DNA of 60,712 nt, the filler included. It is 6 parts of 6 records of this genome, joined end to end, with 100 filler letters (N's around TTAATTAATTAA, not from the genome) between each part and the next. Parts side by side here need not be neighbours in the genome. Positions count along the whole stretch, not along the records: positions 1 to 17,206 come from SRR31156797_27836; positions 17,307 to 25,907 come from SRR31156797_27852; 4 more parts are not named here. One strand, written 5' to 3'. Shown in pieces: positions 9,868 to 19,741 of the stretch. Position 1 is the first letter of the stretch, and every line of letters begins with the position of its first letter. The position numbers and the translations under genes were made by a program. Under the pieces are notes generated by a model. It was given only the letters and a program-made list of their open reading frames with translations. It was not told the origin of the DNA and did no database searches.

Positions 9868-9874
9868 GGGATCC

Positions 9875-12800
9875 ATGACCGCCTGCCTTCTGATTGAAAA
9901 GTCTGTTCTCAATTCCCTGGAGCTGAGTCCTGAGAGGGACAGGCGGGGCCGCACGGTCTTTGAAGGCGGCTTTGAATCCAGGTCGCTCAGCGAGAGCATA
10001 AATGGGAAGCTGAGCCCTCCCGTACCCTGCAGCGCGGGAAGGCTTTCCCTGGTCGGGATGCTCTACGCCTTCTACGCCTCCCTCAGCTCCGCTTATATGG
10101 AGGATCTGAGATCTCTCTCCGAGGAGCTCACGCTGGGAGAACTGGCTGGAAATAAGGACGGCGACCTGTGGGATTCCCTTTTCGAATCCGCCGACAGAAG
10201 CTTTCCCGCCGCCCTCCCCGTTCGGAGGAGCAACAGCCCTGCGGACATGGAAGAGAGAATCATCGACCTTCTCTCTCTGCAGCTCTTGTGGGGCAATCCG
10301 GCGGCTTCTTCATTCAAGATCCTCTATCCCTCTCTGGAAGAGGCCTCTTCATTCTTCAGAGAGCTTCCCGAAAACGCCGCCGCCTACCTCAGAAGCCTGC
10401 CCCTCCCTCCGGGCTGGGACGAATCGCTGCTCCACCTTCTATTGAAGCCTCAGGAACTTTTCGCCGATTCCCTGGAGGAGCAGATACGCTTTATCACTGG
10501 CAGCCCCTTCTACAGCCGGTTGGGGAACAAGACTCCCTATCTGAAGGCCCTGGACCTGGCAAACGAGGAAAACAAGTTCGGCGGACCCGGACCCGGACCG
10601 GTGGAGGGAATTGACCTCTCCTTTATCGAAGACGACACCCCCCGGTTCAGCGATGATTCGGACTGGATGCCCAAGCTGATCCTGATCGCCAAGAACTGCT
10701 ATGTGTGGCTCTTCCAGCTTTCCGGAAAGTACGGGAGAGAGATCAGAACCCTCAACGACATTCCCGGAGAAGAGCTGGACGAGCTCCGCCGCAAGGGAAT
10801 CGGAGGGCTGTGGCTGATCGGTCTCTGGGAGCGGAGTCCGGCATCCCGCCGTATCAAAAGGGCCTGCGGCAATCCCGAGGCCGAGGCCTCTGCCTACTCC
10901 CTGAAAAACTACTCCATCTCCGGAGATCTGGGCGGTTGGGACGCCCTGATCAATCTGAAGGAGCGCTGTCTTTCCAAGGGAATCCGACTGGCCAGCGATA
11001 TGGTCCCCAACCATACGGGTATGGATTCGGACTGGATGGCCGAACATCCCGAATACTTCCTGAGCCTTCCCCGGGCTCCCTACCCCAACTACCGCTTCAG
11101 CGGAGCCGACCTCAGCAGCGATCCCCGGATGGAAATCTATCTGGAAGACGGCTATTACGACCGCAGCGATGCGGCGGTGGTCTTCCTCAGAAGGGATAGG
11201 GAAACGGGAACGGATCGTTACGTCTATCACGGGAACGACGGGACGGCCATGCCCTGGAATGACACGGCCCAACTGGACTTTATGAAAGAAGAGGTCCGGG
11301 AGGCGGTGATCCGCCAGATCATCAAGGTTGCCGAAACCTTTCCTATCATCCGCTTCGACGCGGCCATGACCCTGGCCCGGAAGCATGTGCAGCGGCTCTG
11401 GTATCCCAAACCCGGAGACGGCGGCGCCGTTCCCTCCCGTTCCGAATACGGTATGAGCGAGAGGGAATTCGCGAAGCGCATGCCCGAAGAGTTCTGGCGC
11501 GAGGTGGTCGACCGTATCAGGGAGGAGGCTCCTCAGACCCTCCTTCTGGCCGAAGCCTTCTGGATGATGGAAGGCTACTTTGTCCGGAACCTGGGGATGC
11601 ACAGGGTTTATAACTCGGCCTTCATGAATCTTCTGAAGACGGAGGACAACAGGGAGTACCGCCGCATACTCAGGGAGACCCTCAGCAGGGATCCCCGCAT
11701 ACTCAAACGTTTCGTCAACTTTATGAACAATCCCGACGAGGATACGGCGGTCAGCCAGTTCGGCAAGGGAGACAAGTACTTCGGAATCTGTACCCTTCTG
11801 GTCACCCTCCCCGGCCTTCCCATGATCGGCCATGGCCAGTTCGAGGGCCTTGCGGAGAAATACGGAATGGAGTACAGACGCTCCTACTTCGACGAGAGCC
11901 CCGACGAGGGGCTCCTCGCCCGTCATGAAAAGGAGATCTATCCCCTGATGAAAAGCAGACTGCTTTTCGCCGGGGCACGCCGCTTCCACCTCTTCGACTA
12001 CTACAGCCGCAAGGGCGTCAACGAGAACGTCTATGCCTTCTGCAATACCAGGGAGGAACGCCATGCGCTGGTCCTCTACAACAACAGCAACATCCTGACC
12101 GAAGGGCGCATCCACAGGGAGTGCCCCAAGGCGGTGGAGGGCGAGAAAAGGAAGAGCGAGCGGAGCATCGGCCAGATACTGGAGCTGAGCGAAACCGGTT
12201 ATGCCCTGCTTTTCGAGACCAGAAAAAGGCTCTGGTACATCCACAGGAACAGGGACATCCTGAAAAAGGGTCTTCCCGTTAAACTGTACGGATATCAGAG
12301 CAAAGTCTTCTACCCCATAGAGATCCGCGAGGACGATGAGGAAAGGCGTATTGAGAAACTGATCCAGAAGATAGGGACCCGGGGCATCCCTGATCTGAAC
12401 AGGGCCCTCCTCCACTCCGAGCTGGAGCCCCTGATCCATATGATGAGGACCTTCTTTTCATCACGGATCGTCGACACTCCTGTGATGAGCGATCTTATAA
12501 CCCAGCTCTCTAAGGATCTGGGCAGGATCCGGAAGATCCTCAGCTCCCCCCGCAGCGGAAGGCGCCGTCCGGTCCGCAGCGAACAAAAAGCTCTGGAGGA
12601 TATCATCCGCCCCTCCTTCCTCTCCCTCACCCTCAGCGAACCCGACGACGGGCGTTCCTTCTATATGTCCCGCTTCTATCAACTCTGGAAGGAAGAGAAG
12701 AGACGGGACACAACGGACTATTCACAGTTCTGGACCAGGATTCTGGAAGACAGCGAATTCAGTCCCTGGTTCGGTATCAACAGCTATAAAGAGATTCTCT

Positions 12801-12991
12801 GGTTCAACAAGGAGTATATGGATGAGGCTTTCTGGTGGTTCAGCTGTCTCTGTTGCCTGGAAGCCCTCACCCGCCACTCAGTTGCGGAGGATTGGAAAAG
12901 GATGGAAGAGTGCGCGGATTTCCTGAAAAGGACCCAGAAGAGAATAGCCGAGTCGGAATACAGAGTCTCCCAGATACTGTACAGGCCGTAA
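9875..12991 (+). CDS. Large alpha-amylase family (GH13) glycoside hydrolase
   Basis: DMVPNH, IRFDAAM (nucleophile Asp), LAEAFW (acid/base Glu), NNPDE, TLPGLPM, with long N- and C-terminal extensions. Confidence 0.8.
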   Translation: MTACLLIEKSVLNSLELSPERDRRGRTVFEGGFESRSLSESINGKLSPPVPCSAGRLSLVGMLYAFYASLSSAYMEDLRSLSEELTLGELAGNKDGDLWDSLFESADRSFPAALPVRRSNSPADMEERIIDLLSLQLLWGNPAASSFKILYPSLEEASSFFRELPENAAAYLRSLPLPPGWDESLLHLLLKPQELFADSLEEQIRFITGSPFYSRLGNKTPYLKALDLANEENKFGGPGPGPVEGIDLSFIEDDTPRFSDDSDWMPKLILIAKNCYVWLFQLSGKYGREIRTLNDIPGEELDELRRKGIGGLWLIGLWERSPASRRIKRACGNPEAEASAYSLKNYSISGDLGGWDALINLKERCLSKGIRLASDMVPNHTGMDSDWMAEHPEYFLSLPRAPYPNYRFSGADLSSDPRMEIYLEDGYYDRSDAAVVFLRRDRETGTDRYVYHGNDGTAMPWNDTAQLDFMKEEVREAVIRQIIKVAETFPIIRFDAAMTLARKHVQRLWYPKPGDGGAVPSRSEYGMSEREFAKRMPEEFWREVVDRIREEAPQTLLLAEAFWMMEGYFVRNLGMHRVYNSAFMNLLKTEDNREYRRILRETLSRDPRILKRFVNFMNNPDEDTAVSQFGKGDKYFGICTLLVTLPGLPMIGHGQFEGLAEKYGMEYRRSYFDESPDEGLLARHEKEIYPLMKSRLLFAGARRFHLFDYYSRKGVNENVYAFCNTREERHALVLYNNSNILTEGRIHRECPKAVEGEKRKSERSIGQILELSETGYALLFETRKRLWYIHRNRDILKKGLPVKLYGYQSKVFYPIEIREDDEERRIEKLIQKIGTRGIPDLNRALLHSELEPLIHMMRTFFSSRIVDTPVMSDLITQLSKDLGRIRKILSSPRSGRRRPVRSEQKALEDIIRPSFLSLTLSEPDDGRSFYMSRFYQLWKEEKRRDTTDYSQFWTRILEDSEFSPWFGINSYKEILWFNKEYMDEAFWWFSCLCCLEALTRHSVAEDWKRMEECADFLKRTQKRIAESEYRVSQILYRP

Positions 12992-13005
12992 AAGGAGTTT
13001 AACAT

Positions 13006-13668
13006 ATGGGCAAAACCGTCCTGATTATCGGCAGCGAAACGCTGTTGGGTCGTAAGCTGATAGAGCTTTATCTTAACAGCGGCTGCAGAGTCGTCGCACC
13101 CGTCATGACAGAGCAGGAGAAGCTGAAGGAGTCGGAAAAGAAGAACCTCCAGGTCATCCCCTGGAACCGCAGCTCCCTTGTCTCGGCGAAAACCGTCTTC
13201 AGAGAGGCCCTCAGGGTTCACGAAAAGCTGGACCAAACCATCGTCGTCAATCCGGAGCTCAATGACGGCAGCGCTCTGGAGGATGCGGATTATGAAAGGA
13301 TGGACGACCTTCTGGGTACCTATCTCCACGGCAACCTCTATCTGATAAAGGAGGTTCTGGGCTGTTATGACCGCCAGGATGCGGGGCTCCTCGCTTTTGC
13401 CGAGACTCCCAAAGGGCAGAATTCGCCTTCCCTTCTCCCTTCGATTGTGGGGAGCGCTTTCCACAGCATGGCTGAGTCCATACTCTGCGGCGAGTCCTTC
13501 CAGGGGCTCTGCTGCGGATTCACCTCCCGCTTGACTGAAATGGAAGACTATGCACAATTCATCAAGGGGTTTCTGGATGCGGGCGATTCCAGAATCAACG
13601 GCGAATGGCTGCTCTTCAGTGAGAAGAAGAACCTGTTCCAGTCCCTTCCCATTCTGAAACGAAAATAA
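13006..13668 (+). CDS. Degenerate SDR/Rossmann-fold protein
   Basis: AAGGAG RBS. VLIIGSETLLGRKL resembles a Rossmann start and SDR-like spacing follows, but no YxxxK is evident. Confidence 0.6.
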   Translation: MGKTVLIIGSETLLGRKLIELYLNSGCRVVAPVMTEQEKLKESEKKNLQVIPWNRSSLVSAKTVFREALRVHEKLDQTIVVNPELNDGSALEDADYERMDDLLGTYLHGNLYLIKEVLGCYDRQDAGLLAFAETPKGQNSPSLLPSIVGSAFHSMAESILCGESFQGLCCGFTSRLTEMEDYAQFIKGFLDAGDSRINGEWLLFSEKKNLFQSLPILKRK

Positions 13669-13705
13669 GCCCCGGAAACAGTCCGGACTCAACCTGGAGG
13701 ATCCC

Positions 13706-14959
13706 TTGAAACTTTGGTTAAAATATTCAATCTCCGCAGCCCTGGGAATGGTGCTGGCCATCTTTCTGCCTTCCCTTCCCGTCCTGGATGCAGCGCTCTA
13801 CGGAATAGCCGAATTCGCTCTCAGAGCCGGACGCTTCCTGGCCTTTCCTCTGATATTCTTTACCCTGGCCGTCTCGGTATGCCAGCTCAGACGGGAAAAG
13901 CGCCTTCTCAGAATTCTGGGACGCCTTATCCTCCTGACCCTTGCCGGTACGGTGATCTACACCCTGCTGGCTTTGGCATTCTCCTTTATCCTTCCGGTAG
14001 ACAGGATTCCCATCCTTACCGATTCGTCGGGCTGGAAATCGGCCATCCCCTTCCGGAACGATATCGTTGAAACGACTCTTCCCGAGCTGCTGAGGCAGTT
14101 CCTGCCCGTAAACGCCTTCAGAATTTTCCAGTACCCCGGCAACTTCGTACTGCCGGCTCTGCTCTTCTCCTTCCTGCTGGGAACCCAGCTCTTCCACGAT
14201 AGGGAAGAAGCGGAACCGGTATACAACCTGTTCGACTCTTTCAGCAGGATGTTTTACAGGATGAACCTCCTCTTTACAGAGTTATTGGTCCTGGTCTTCT
14301 TCTGTCTGAGCTTCGCGGCCCTTCGCCATATCAGCTCCATAAACGATCCCGGGGCCTATTTGAGCATTATCCGCCTTATATTGCCCTCCACCCTGATCGT
14401 AGTGTTCGGGATACAGCCCCTCCTTTACTTTCTGCTGAGCCGCAGAAATCCCTACAGAGAGATGAAGGTGTTCTTCCCCGTCATCATCGTTTCCCTTTTC
14501 AGCGGTGATTATTTCATTAACTATCTTGTCAATATGAGGACCCTCAAGGAAAACGGAGGGATAAAACGGAAGATCAGCGGTCTGTCCCTCCCCTTTTTCA
14601 CCCTCTTTTCCAGGGGGGGAACCGCCCTTATAACCACCATCAGCATGCTGACCATTCTCAAGTCCTATTCCAGTCTGGAGCTCACGGCACTGCAGGTTTT
14701 CTGGGTGGCGGGCGTTTCCATCCTCGTATCCCTGATGCTGTTCTCCCAATCCTATCTGACCGTCTATACGGCCCTCATCACGGCCTGTTCCCTCTATGGC
14801 AGAGGCCTGGAAGACGGATACGTCCTGATCCTCCCCCTCCTCCCCCTCCTGATTCCGGCGGGAGCCCTGATGGACGCTGTGAACGCGGCCTATCTGACCC
14901 TTCTGTTCGATGATGACAAGGAGTTCAGGATCCCCGAGGATCCCGAAGATTTTATCTAA
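13706..14959 (+). CDS. Dicarboxylate/amino acid:cation symporter family protein (divergent)
   Basis: GGAGG RBS and TTG start. Many hydrophobic helices, PLIFFTL, FLPVNAF and SLPFFTLFSRGGTA in DAACS-like positions. Confidence 0.7.
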   Translation: MKLWLKYSISAALGMVLAIFLPSLPVLDAALYGIAEFALRAGRFLAFPLIFFTLAVSVCQLRREKRLLRILGRLILLTLAGTVIYTLLALAFSFILPVDRIPILTDSSGWKSAIPFRNDIVETTLPELLRQFLPVNAFRIFQYPGNFVLPALLFSFLLGTQLFHDREEAEPVYNLFDSFSRMFYRMNLLFTELLVLVFFCLSFAALRHISSINDPGAYLSIIRLILPSTLIVVFGIQPLLYFLLSRRNPYREMKVFFPVIIVSLFSGDYFINYLVNMRTLKENGGIKRKISGLSLPFFTLFSRGGTALITTISMLTILKSYSSLELTALQVFWVAGVSILVSLMLFSQSYLTVYTALITACSLYGRGLEDGYVLILPLLPLLIPAGALMDAVNAAYLTLLFDDDKEFRIPEDPEDFI

Positions 14960-14965
14960 TGCTCA

Positions 14966-15002
14966 CAGGCTTCCCGATTCGCCCGACGACTCGGGAAGCC
15001 TG
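14966..15002. terminator. Hairpin between convergent genes
   Basis: CAGGCTTCCCGA...TCGGGAAGCCTG. Confidence 0.65.
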
Positions 15003-15031
15003 CCTTCGATCTGTCCTGAATTCTGATGCCC

Positions 15032-15688
15032 TTACTGGGCCAGTACCCGGATTCCCACCAGAAAGTTAACCATTATGCCGTCTGAAAAGGGGAGTCCCGT
15101 TCCGGCCCAGGCGTTATAGACAGGCAGATTCAACTCAAGCTTGAAGTTAAATCCGAAACGTTCGGTCAGGGGATTGTAGTACCATACCCCCAAATCGAGG
15201 TAGAGGAATTCACGTATCAGAGCCGAAAACATATCGCCCCTGTCCTCATCCCCCGGTCCCGAAACAGGAACCTGGATATTGAAACCCGGAGCTGCCTGCA
15301 CGCCGAGGATGTGGCGCTCCTTAAAGGTCCAGCGGTATCCCACCGCAGGCTGGATGAAAAGGGACGTAACGGTCATGGACTTGTTGTTGGAGTAATCAAC
15401 CGGAATGGTATAGTCCCTCTCGGGAAGATACTCCAGAGTCTGGTTGTAGAAGAAGAGAGAGGGCCTGAAAAACCAGTTCTCATCAACCGAAAAGAAAACG
15501 GAGACGCCGGGGATGAAGGTCAGAGTGTCGGGACCGCTGTCGCCCTTCTCCTTGTCATAGCCGTCATTGTTCTTCCAGAGAAAGCCCATCTCGCCGTCGA
15601 TCCCCTCATAGCTCAGCTCAAAGGCCCCGAGGGAAGATAGAGACATCGCAAGTGATAACAGCACCAGAAAACAAACGTTCTTCCTCAT
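15032..15688 (-). CDS. Secreted, probable outer-membrane beta-barrel protein
   Basis: Signal peptide MRKNVCFLVLLSLAMSLSSLGA and amphipathic aromatic-rich strands. Start moved to 15688 because 15715 lies in the proS terminator. Confidence 0.6.
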   Translation of the reverse strand: MRKNVCFLVLLSLAMSLSSLGAFELSYEGIDGEMGFLWKNNDGYDKEKGDSGPDTLTFIPGVSVFFSVDENWFFRPSLFFYNQTLEYLPERDYTIPVDYSNNKSMTVTSLFIQPAVGYRWTFKERHILGVQAAPGFNIQVPVSGPGDEDRGDMFSALIREFLYLDLGVWYYNPLTERFGFNFKLELNLPVYNAWAGTGLPFSDGIMVNFLVGIRVLAQ

Positions 15689-15713
15689 ATAACCAATATA
15701 TAACGCAATGGGC

Positions 15714-15752
15714 AAAAAAAAAAGCGGAGCCCTCTTTTATGAGAGCCCCGCT
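15714..15752 (-). terminator. Rho-independent terminator of proS
   Basis: On the minus strand GAGCGGGGCTCTC...GAGGGCTCCGC followed by a T10 tract. Confidence 0.75.
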
Positions 15753-15775
15753 CATTCGCTCTTAACGATTCCGGT

Positions 15776-17206
15776 CTATGCTTTTTTTTCTGCAGCCAGG
15801 AAGTCGCTTACAAAGGAGTTCACATCCTTCAGGGGGATGTTCTTCTTCTCTCCGCTCTTCCGGATCTTGACCTCGACCTCCCCGGCCTCAAGGGAACGGG
15901 CGCCGATGACGATCTGCAGGGGATAACCGATGAGATCGGCGTCCTTAAATTTGAATCCGGCTCTCTCTTCCCGGTCATCCAGGGCGATATCCACTCCGAC
16001 GGCCTTCAGATCGGCGTATATCTTCTCGCCGGCCTCGACGACCTCGTCCTTGTTCATCTGCAGAGGCAGAACCACCGCTTCGTAGGGGGCGATGGCCGCG
16101 GGCCAGATCATACCGTCCTCATCATGATGCTGCTCTATGGCCGAAGCCATGGTCCGTCCCACGCCGATGCCGTAACAACCCATGACGGCGGGGTGAGACT
16201 TTCCGTCCTTGTCCAGATAGTTGCACTCCATGGGTACGCTGTACTTGGTTCCCAGATAGAAAACCTGTCCTACCTCGATCCCCCTGTGCTCCTCCAGCTT
16301 TCCCTCGCATTTGGGACATTTCTGACCCGCCTGGGCAAAGCTCAGGTCTCCCAGGATATCGGCGCTATAGTCTCTTCCGTAGTTGACGTTCACTTTGTGA
16401 TAGTCATCCCTGTTCGCTCCGCTCACCATATTGGCTCTGCCGGTAACCGAATAGTCGGCGACGATCTTCACCTTCTTCTTCAGTCCCGCAGGTCCAGCGA
16501 AACCGGTTCCCGCACCGGTGACCTCAAGAACCGCGGCATCGTCTGCCAGGAAGACGCCGTTGGCTCCGCAAAGGGTCTGAAGCTTTGACTCGTTGATATC
16601 CAGGTCACCCCGGATCAGGACGAGCACGGGTTCCTCATCGATCATATAGACGATGCTCTTGATAAAGTCCTCTTCAGGGCGCTTCAGAAAAGCGGAGATC
16701 TCCTCGATGGTTTTGCAGGCGGGGGTATGAAGGTCTTCCGCCTCCTCCAGGCCTTCCGTAAGAACGGGAGAGGCCTCCCTGGGCGTCACGGCTTTTTCCG
16801 CATTGGCGGCGTAGTCGCAGCTGTCGCAGCTCAGGATCAGATCCTCTCCGGACTTGGCCAGGACCTGGAACTCATGGCTCATATCGCCGCCTATGTTTCC
16901 CGTTGCCGCATCAACGGCGCGGAAGGTCAGCCCGCAGCGATTAAAGATGGCCGTATAGGCCTCATACATCTTCCAGTAGTTCTCTTTCGAGGCCTCTTCG
17001 TCCACATCGAAGCTGTAGCCGTCTTTCATGATGAACTCCCGTCCCCTCATCAGTCCGAAGCGGGGGCGGACCTCGTCTCGGAACTTGCCCTGAATCTGGA
17101 AGAGATTCCAGGGAAGCTGCTTATAGGATTTGAGGACCTTGGAAACCATATCGGTGATAACCTCTTCATGGGTGGGCCCCAGACAGAAATCGCCGTTCTT
17201 TCTATC
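15776..17206 (-). CDS. proS: Proline--tRNA ligase (bacterial type with editing insertion), 5' truncated
   Basis: Frame is open to the contig edge (DRKNGDFCLGPTHEE). KFRDEVRPRFGLMRGREFIMKD, GIEVGQVF, MGCYGIGVGR and an anticodon-binding domain. Confidence 0.97.
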   Translation of the reverse strand, partial: DRKNGDFCLGPTHEEVITDMVSKVLKSYKQLPWNLFQIQGKFRDEVRPRFGLMRGREFIMKDGYSFDVDEEASKENYWKMYEAYTAIFNRCGLTFRAVDAATGNIGGDMSHEFQVLAKSGEDLILSCDSCDYAANAEKAVTPREASPVLTEGLEEAEDLHTPACKTIEEISAFLKRPEEDFIKSIVYMIDEEPVLVLIRGDLDINESKLQTLCGANGVFLADDAAVLEVTGAGTGFAGPAGLKKKVKIVADYSVTGRANMVSGANRDDYHKVNVNYGRDYSADILGDLSFAQAGQKCPKCEGKLEEHRGIEVGQVFYLGTKYSVPMECNYLDKDGKSHPAVMGCYGIGVGRTMASAIEQHHDEDGMIWPAAIAPYEAVVLPLQMNKDEVVEAGEKIYADLKAVGVDIALDDREERAGFKFKDADLIGYPLQIVIGARSLEAGEVEVKIRKSGEKKNIPLKDVNSFVSDFLAAEKKA

Positions 17207-17306
17207 NNNNNNNNNNNNNNNNNNNNNNNNNNNNNNNNNNNNNNNNNNNNTTAATTAATTAANNNNNNNNNNNNNNNNNNNNNNNNNNNNNNNNNNNNNN
17301 NNNNNN
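17207..17306. other. Artificial contig linker (also at 25908-26007, 32544-32643, 44731-44830, 54137-54236)
   Basis: Identical 100-nt N44-TTAATTAATTAA-N44 blocks with stops in all six frames. Genes are cut and composition changes across them. Confidence 0.98.
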
Positions 17307-18475
17307 ATGTTCATCTCCCGGATCTGTTTTTCCGTCTCCTCATTTTCCCGGGAGCGGTTCAGAACGCCTCTCCGGGAGACCTTCCTCAGGTTGGTTATGG
17401 TTGTGTTTTCCGCACAGCTCATCTCGAGGATCAGTCCCTGCTGCTTCCTGTCTTCCGTCAGAAGGCAGAGCCCCTGCTCCACAGCCTCTTTCGGGCTGGT
17501 GATCCTAATCTCGCGGCCCTCGAGGAAGATCTGTCCCCCCTCGTTCCTGTCGGCGCCGAACAGGGCCCTTACCGTTTCGGTTCTTCCCGAACCCACCAGC
17601 CCCGCTATGCCCAGGATCTCTCCCTTGCGGAGGGTGAAGTCCTTTCTATGGGGATTGCCTTTGTAAAGCAGATCGCGGACCTCCAGAAGGGGTTCTCCGG
17701 GAATAACGCTTTCATCAAAGGGATACTCCGACTCCATACTGCGGCCGACCATCATCCTGACGATGCCGGGAATGTCCAGCTCCCCGGCCGGATGGGTTCC
17801 CACCCGGCAGCCGTTTCTGAGGACCGTCACCCTGTCCCCGATGCGGAAGATCTCATTCAGCCTGTGGGAGATATAGATGATGGAGACTCCCTCGGCCTTC
17901 AGCTTCCCCAGAAGGCCGAAGAGCGTGTCGATCTCACCGGGCATCAAGGTCGCCGTCGGCTCGTCGAGTATGAGGACCCGGCTCTTTCCGGAAAGGGCTT
18001 TGGCGATCTCCACCAGCTGCATCTGGGCGACCCCCAGATTCTCGACGGGCTGGCGGGGGGACAGCTTGTCCAGGCCCACTTTCCTCATAAGGGCTTCGGC
18101 GTCGGCATGCAGCTTCGGATAGTCCACGAGCCCGCGCTTCACAGGGAGGTTCTCAAAATAGATATTCTCGGCGATGGAAAGGAAGGGGAGAAGGTTGAAC
18201 TCCTGATAGACGACCCTCACGCCCTTTTCTATGGCATCCAGCGGGGTCTGGGGCTCATAGGCCTCGCCGTCGAAGAACAGCTTTCCGTCGGTCGGCATAT
18301 AGACGCCGCACAGGGTCTTGACGAGAGAGGACTTGCCGGCGCCGTTCTCTCCCAGAAGGATATGGATCTCACCTTCCCGGATATCAAGGTCAATCCCGTC
18401 CAGAGCCTTCACGCCGGGAAAGCTGAGAGACAGGTTCCGTATTTCTATAATGTTTTTATCTGAGTTCATTCTCAC
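17307..18475 (-). CDS. CUT2 sugar ABC transporter ATP-binding protein (RbsA-like, tandem NBDs), 3' truncated
   Basis: GENGAGKS, VYQE, LILDEPT and YISHR in NBD1. GLVGSGRTE and EDRKQQG in NBD2. Confidence 0.93.
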
Positions 18476-18482
18476 TCCAAAA

Positions 18483-18512
18483 AGCGGGAGGGAGCGATCA
18501 TCCCTTCCCGCT
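18483..18512. other. Intercistronic hairpin after the binding-protein gene
   Basis: AGCGGGAGGGA...TCCCTTCCCGCT. Such stems commonly stabilise binding-protein mRNA in ABC operons. Confidence 0.55.
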
Positions 18513-18525
18513 GTGCTACAGGCTC

Positions 18526-19482
18526 TTACTTGAAGAATTTCTTGTCAGCCAGAATCAGAGGAGACTGAACCCAACCCAGGTTTTCCCTTTCCCCGTCGAG
18601 GATTTCGAACCCTGCGTTGAAGGCCAGGATGGCCATCTCGGCACCGTCCATATGCACGGTGGCCAGCATCTTGTCGTTCATGATCAGGTCCTTGACTGCG
18701 GGGATGTTATCGAATCCCACGACCTGCACATCCGATCTGCCGGCGGCCTCGAGGGCTCTAACAACGCCCAGGGCCATGGAGTCGTTGGCGCACATAACAC
18801 CCTCCACATCAGGGTGCTTGGTGAGGAGGTTGGTCATAAGGGTATTGGCCTCTTCCGTTTCCCAATGGGCCGTATTGGAAGCCAGAAGCTCAAGATTATG
18901 GGACTCGATGGCCTTCATAAAACCGTTTTTTCTCTGCTTGGCATTGTCGGCGCCGGGATTTCCCTCGATGATGAAGACCTTGCCTCCGTCCCCCAGGGTA
19001 TCGCCGAGGTAGTTGCCGACCATCTCGGCGCCGTCGGTGTTATCGGGGCCTACGAAGAGGAACTCTTCGGGAAGCCCGGCGGCCTTAAGGGCCTCCTTGT
19101 CCAGGGTTACGTCGAAATTGATAACCGTCACGCCGGCGTCGATGGCTCTCTTTACGGGAGCGACCATTCCCGCTGAGTCGGCGGGGGCGAGGACGATCAG
19201 ATCCACGCCCTGGGTGATCAGGCTGTCGACGGCATTCACCTGGGTATCGAAATCGGTTTCCGAATTCATACCGACGGTGATAAGCTCAAAGCTGCCGTCC
19301 TTCTCGGCATAGGCCTTTGCGCCCTCTTCCATGGCCATGAAGAACTCATTGGCCAGGGACTTCATAATCAGGCCTACTACGGGCTTGCCGTCATCGGCCT
19401 TATCCTGCGCGCCGTTGGCCATCACCACGGAAGGCAGCAGCAGAAGCAGACAGATCAGCATGGAAAAGATTCTTTTTTTCAT
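18526..19482 (-). CDS. Sugar ABC transporter substrate-binding protein (RbsB-like)
   Basis: Signal peptide ending VMA-NGAQD. KSLANEFF, VLAPADS, VGPDN, CANDSMALG, VVGFD. Confidence 0.92.
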   Translation of the reverse strand: MKKRIFSMLICLLLLLPSVVMANGAQDKADDGKPVVGLIMKSLANEFFMAMEEGAKAYAEKDGSFELITVGMNSETDFDTQVNAVDSLITQGVDLIVLAPADSAGMVAPVKRAIDAGVTVINFDVTLDKEALKAAGLPEEFLFVGPDNTDGAEMVGNYLGDTLGDGGKVFIIEGNPGADNAKQRKNGFMKAIESHNLELLASNTAHWETEEANTLMTNLLTKHPDVEGVMCANDSMALGVVRALEAAGRSDVQVVGFDNIPAVKDLIMNDKMLATVHMDGAEMAILAFNAGFEILDGERENLGWVQSPLILADKKFFK

Positions 19483-19535
19483 TATGAAACTCCTTAATTT
19501 CCCCTTTGATACGGGTTTGTTCTGTCACCATCCCA

Positions 19536-19552
19536 TACAATAACTGTGCCAA
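19536..19552 (-). promoter_or_regulatory. Putative sigma54 (-24/-12) promoter of the sugar ABC operon
   Basis: Minus strand TTGGCAC-AGTTA-TTGTA against consensus TGGCAC-N5-TTGC (one mismatch at -12), about 55 nt upstream of the start codon. A sigma54 activator is encoded nearby. Confidence 0.65.
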
Positions 19553-19679
19553 AAAAATACCGATAAGGAGGGAATACCGTCTCAGACAGAAAATCAACGC
19601 CGGGGAACGGATTCAGCCCCTTCCCGCACGGGAATCCGAATATCCTCCCTCCCGGCCGATCATGCCGCAGCGGCCAGGC

Positions 19680-19740
19680 GGGCTGAACACAACTGAACAC
19701 TCTGTCAGGTGCCGTGTTCAGTATCTGGACAGTTCAGCCC
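19680..19740. promoter_or_regulatory. Putative upstream activator sequence for the sigma54 activator
   Basis: Repeated CTGAACAC half-sites and the near-palindrome TGTTCA-GTATC-TGGACA (19715-19731), about 130-190 nt upstream of the -24 box. Confidence 0.5.
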
Positions 19741-19741
19741 T

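Noticed and set aside
8740-9999. 419-aa antisense ORF over lysA (similarly 3426-4235, 17648-18463, 21423-22511, 12784-13761)
   Set aside because: Opposite-strand shadows of well-supported genes.
10439-12439. 666-aa antisense ORF
   Set aside because: Shadow of the GH13 gene caused by GC-rich codon bias; no motifs.
17207-17306. Recurrent TTAATTAATTAA motif flanked by Ns (five copies)
   Set aside because: Artificial linker, not a biological repeat. No linkage across these points was inferred, and ORF-track extensions into them are artefacts.
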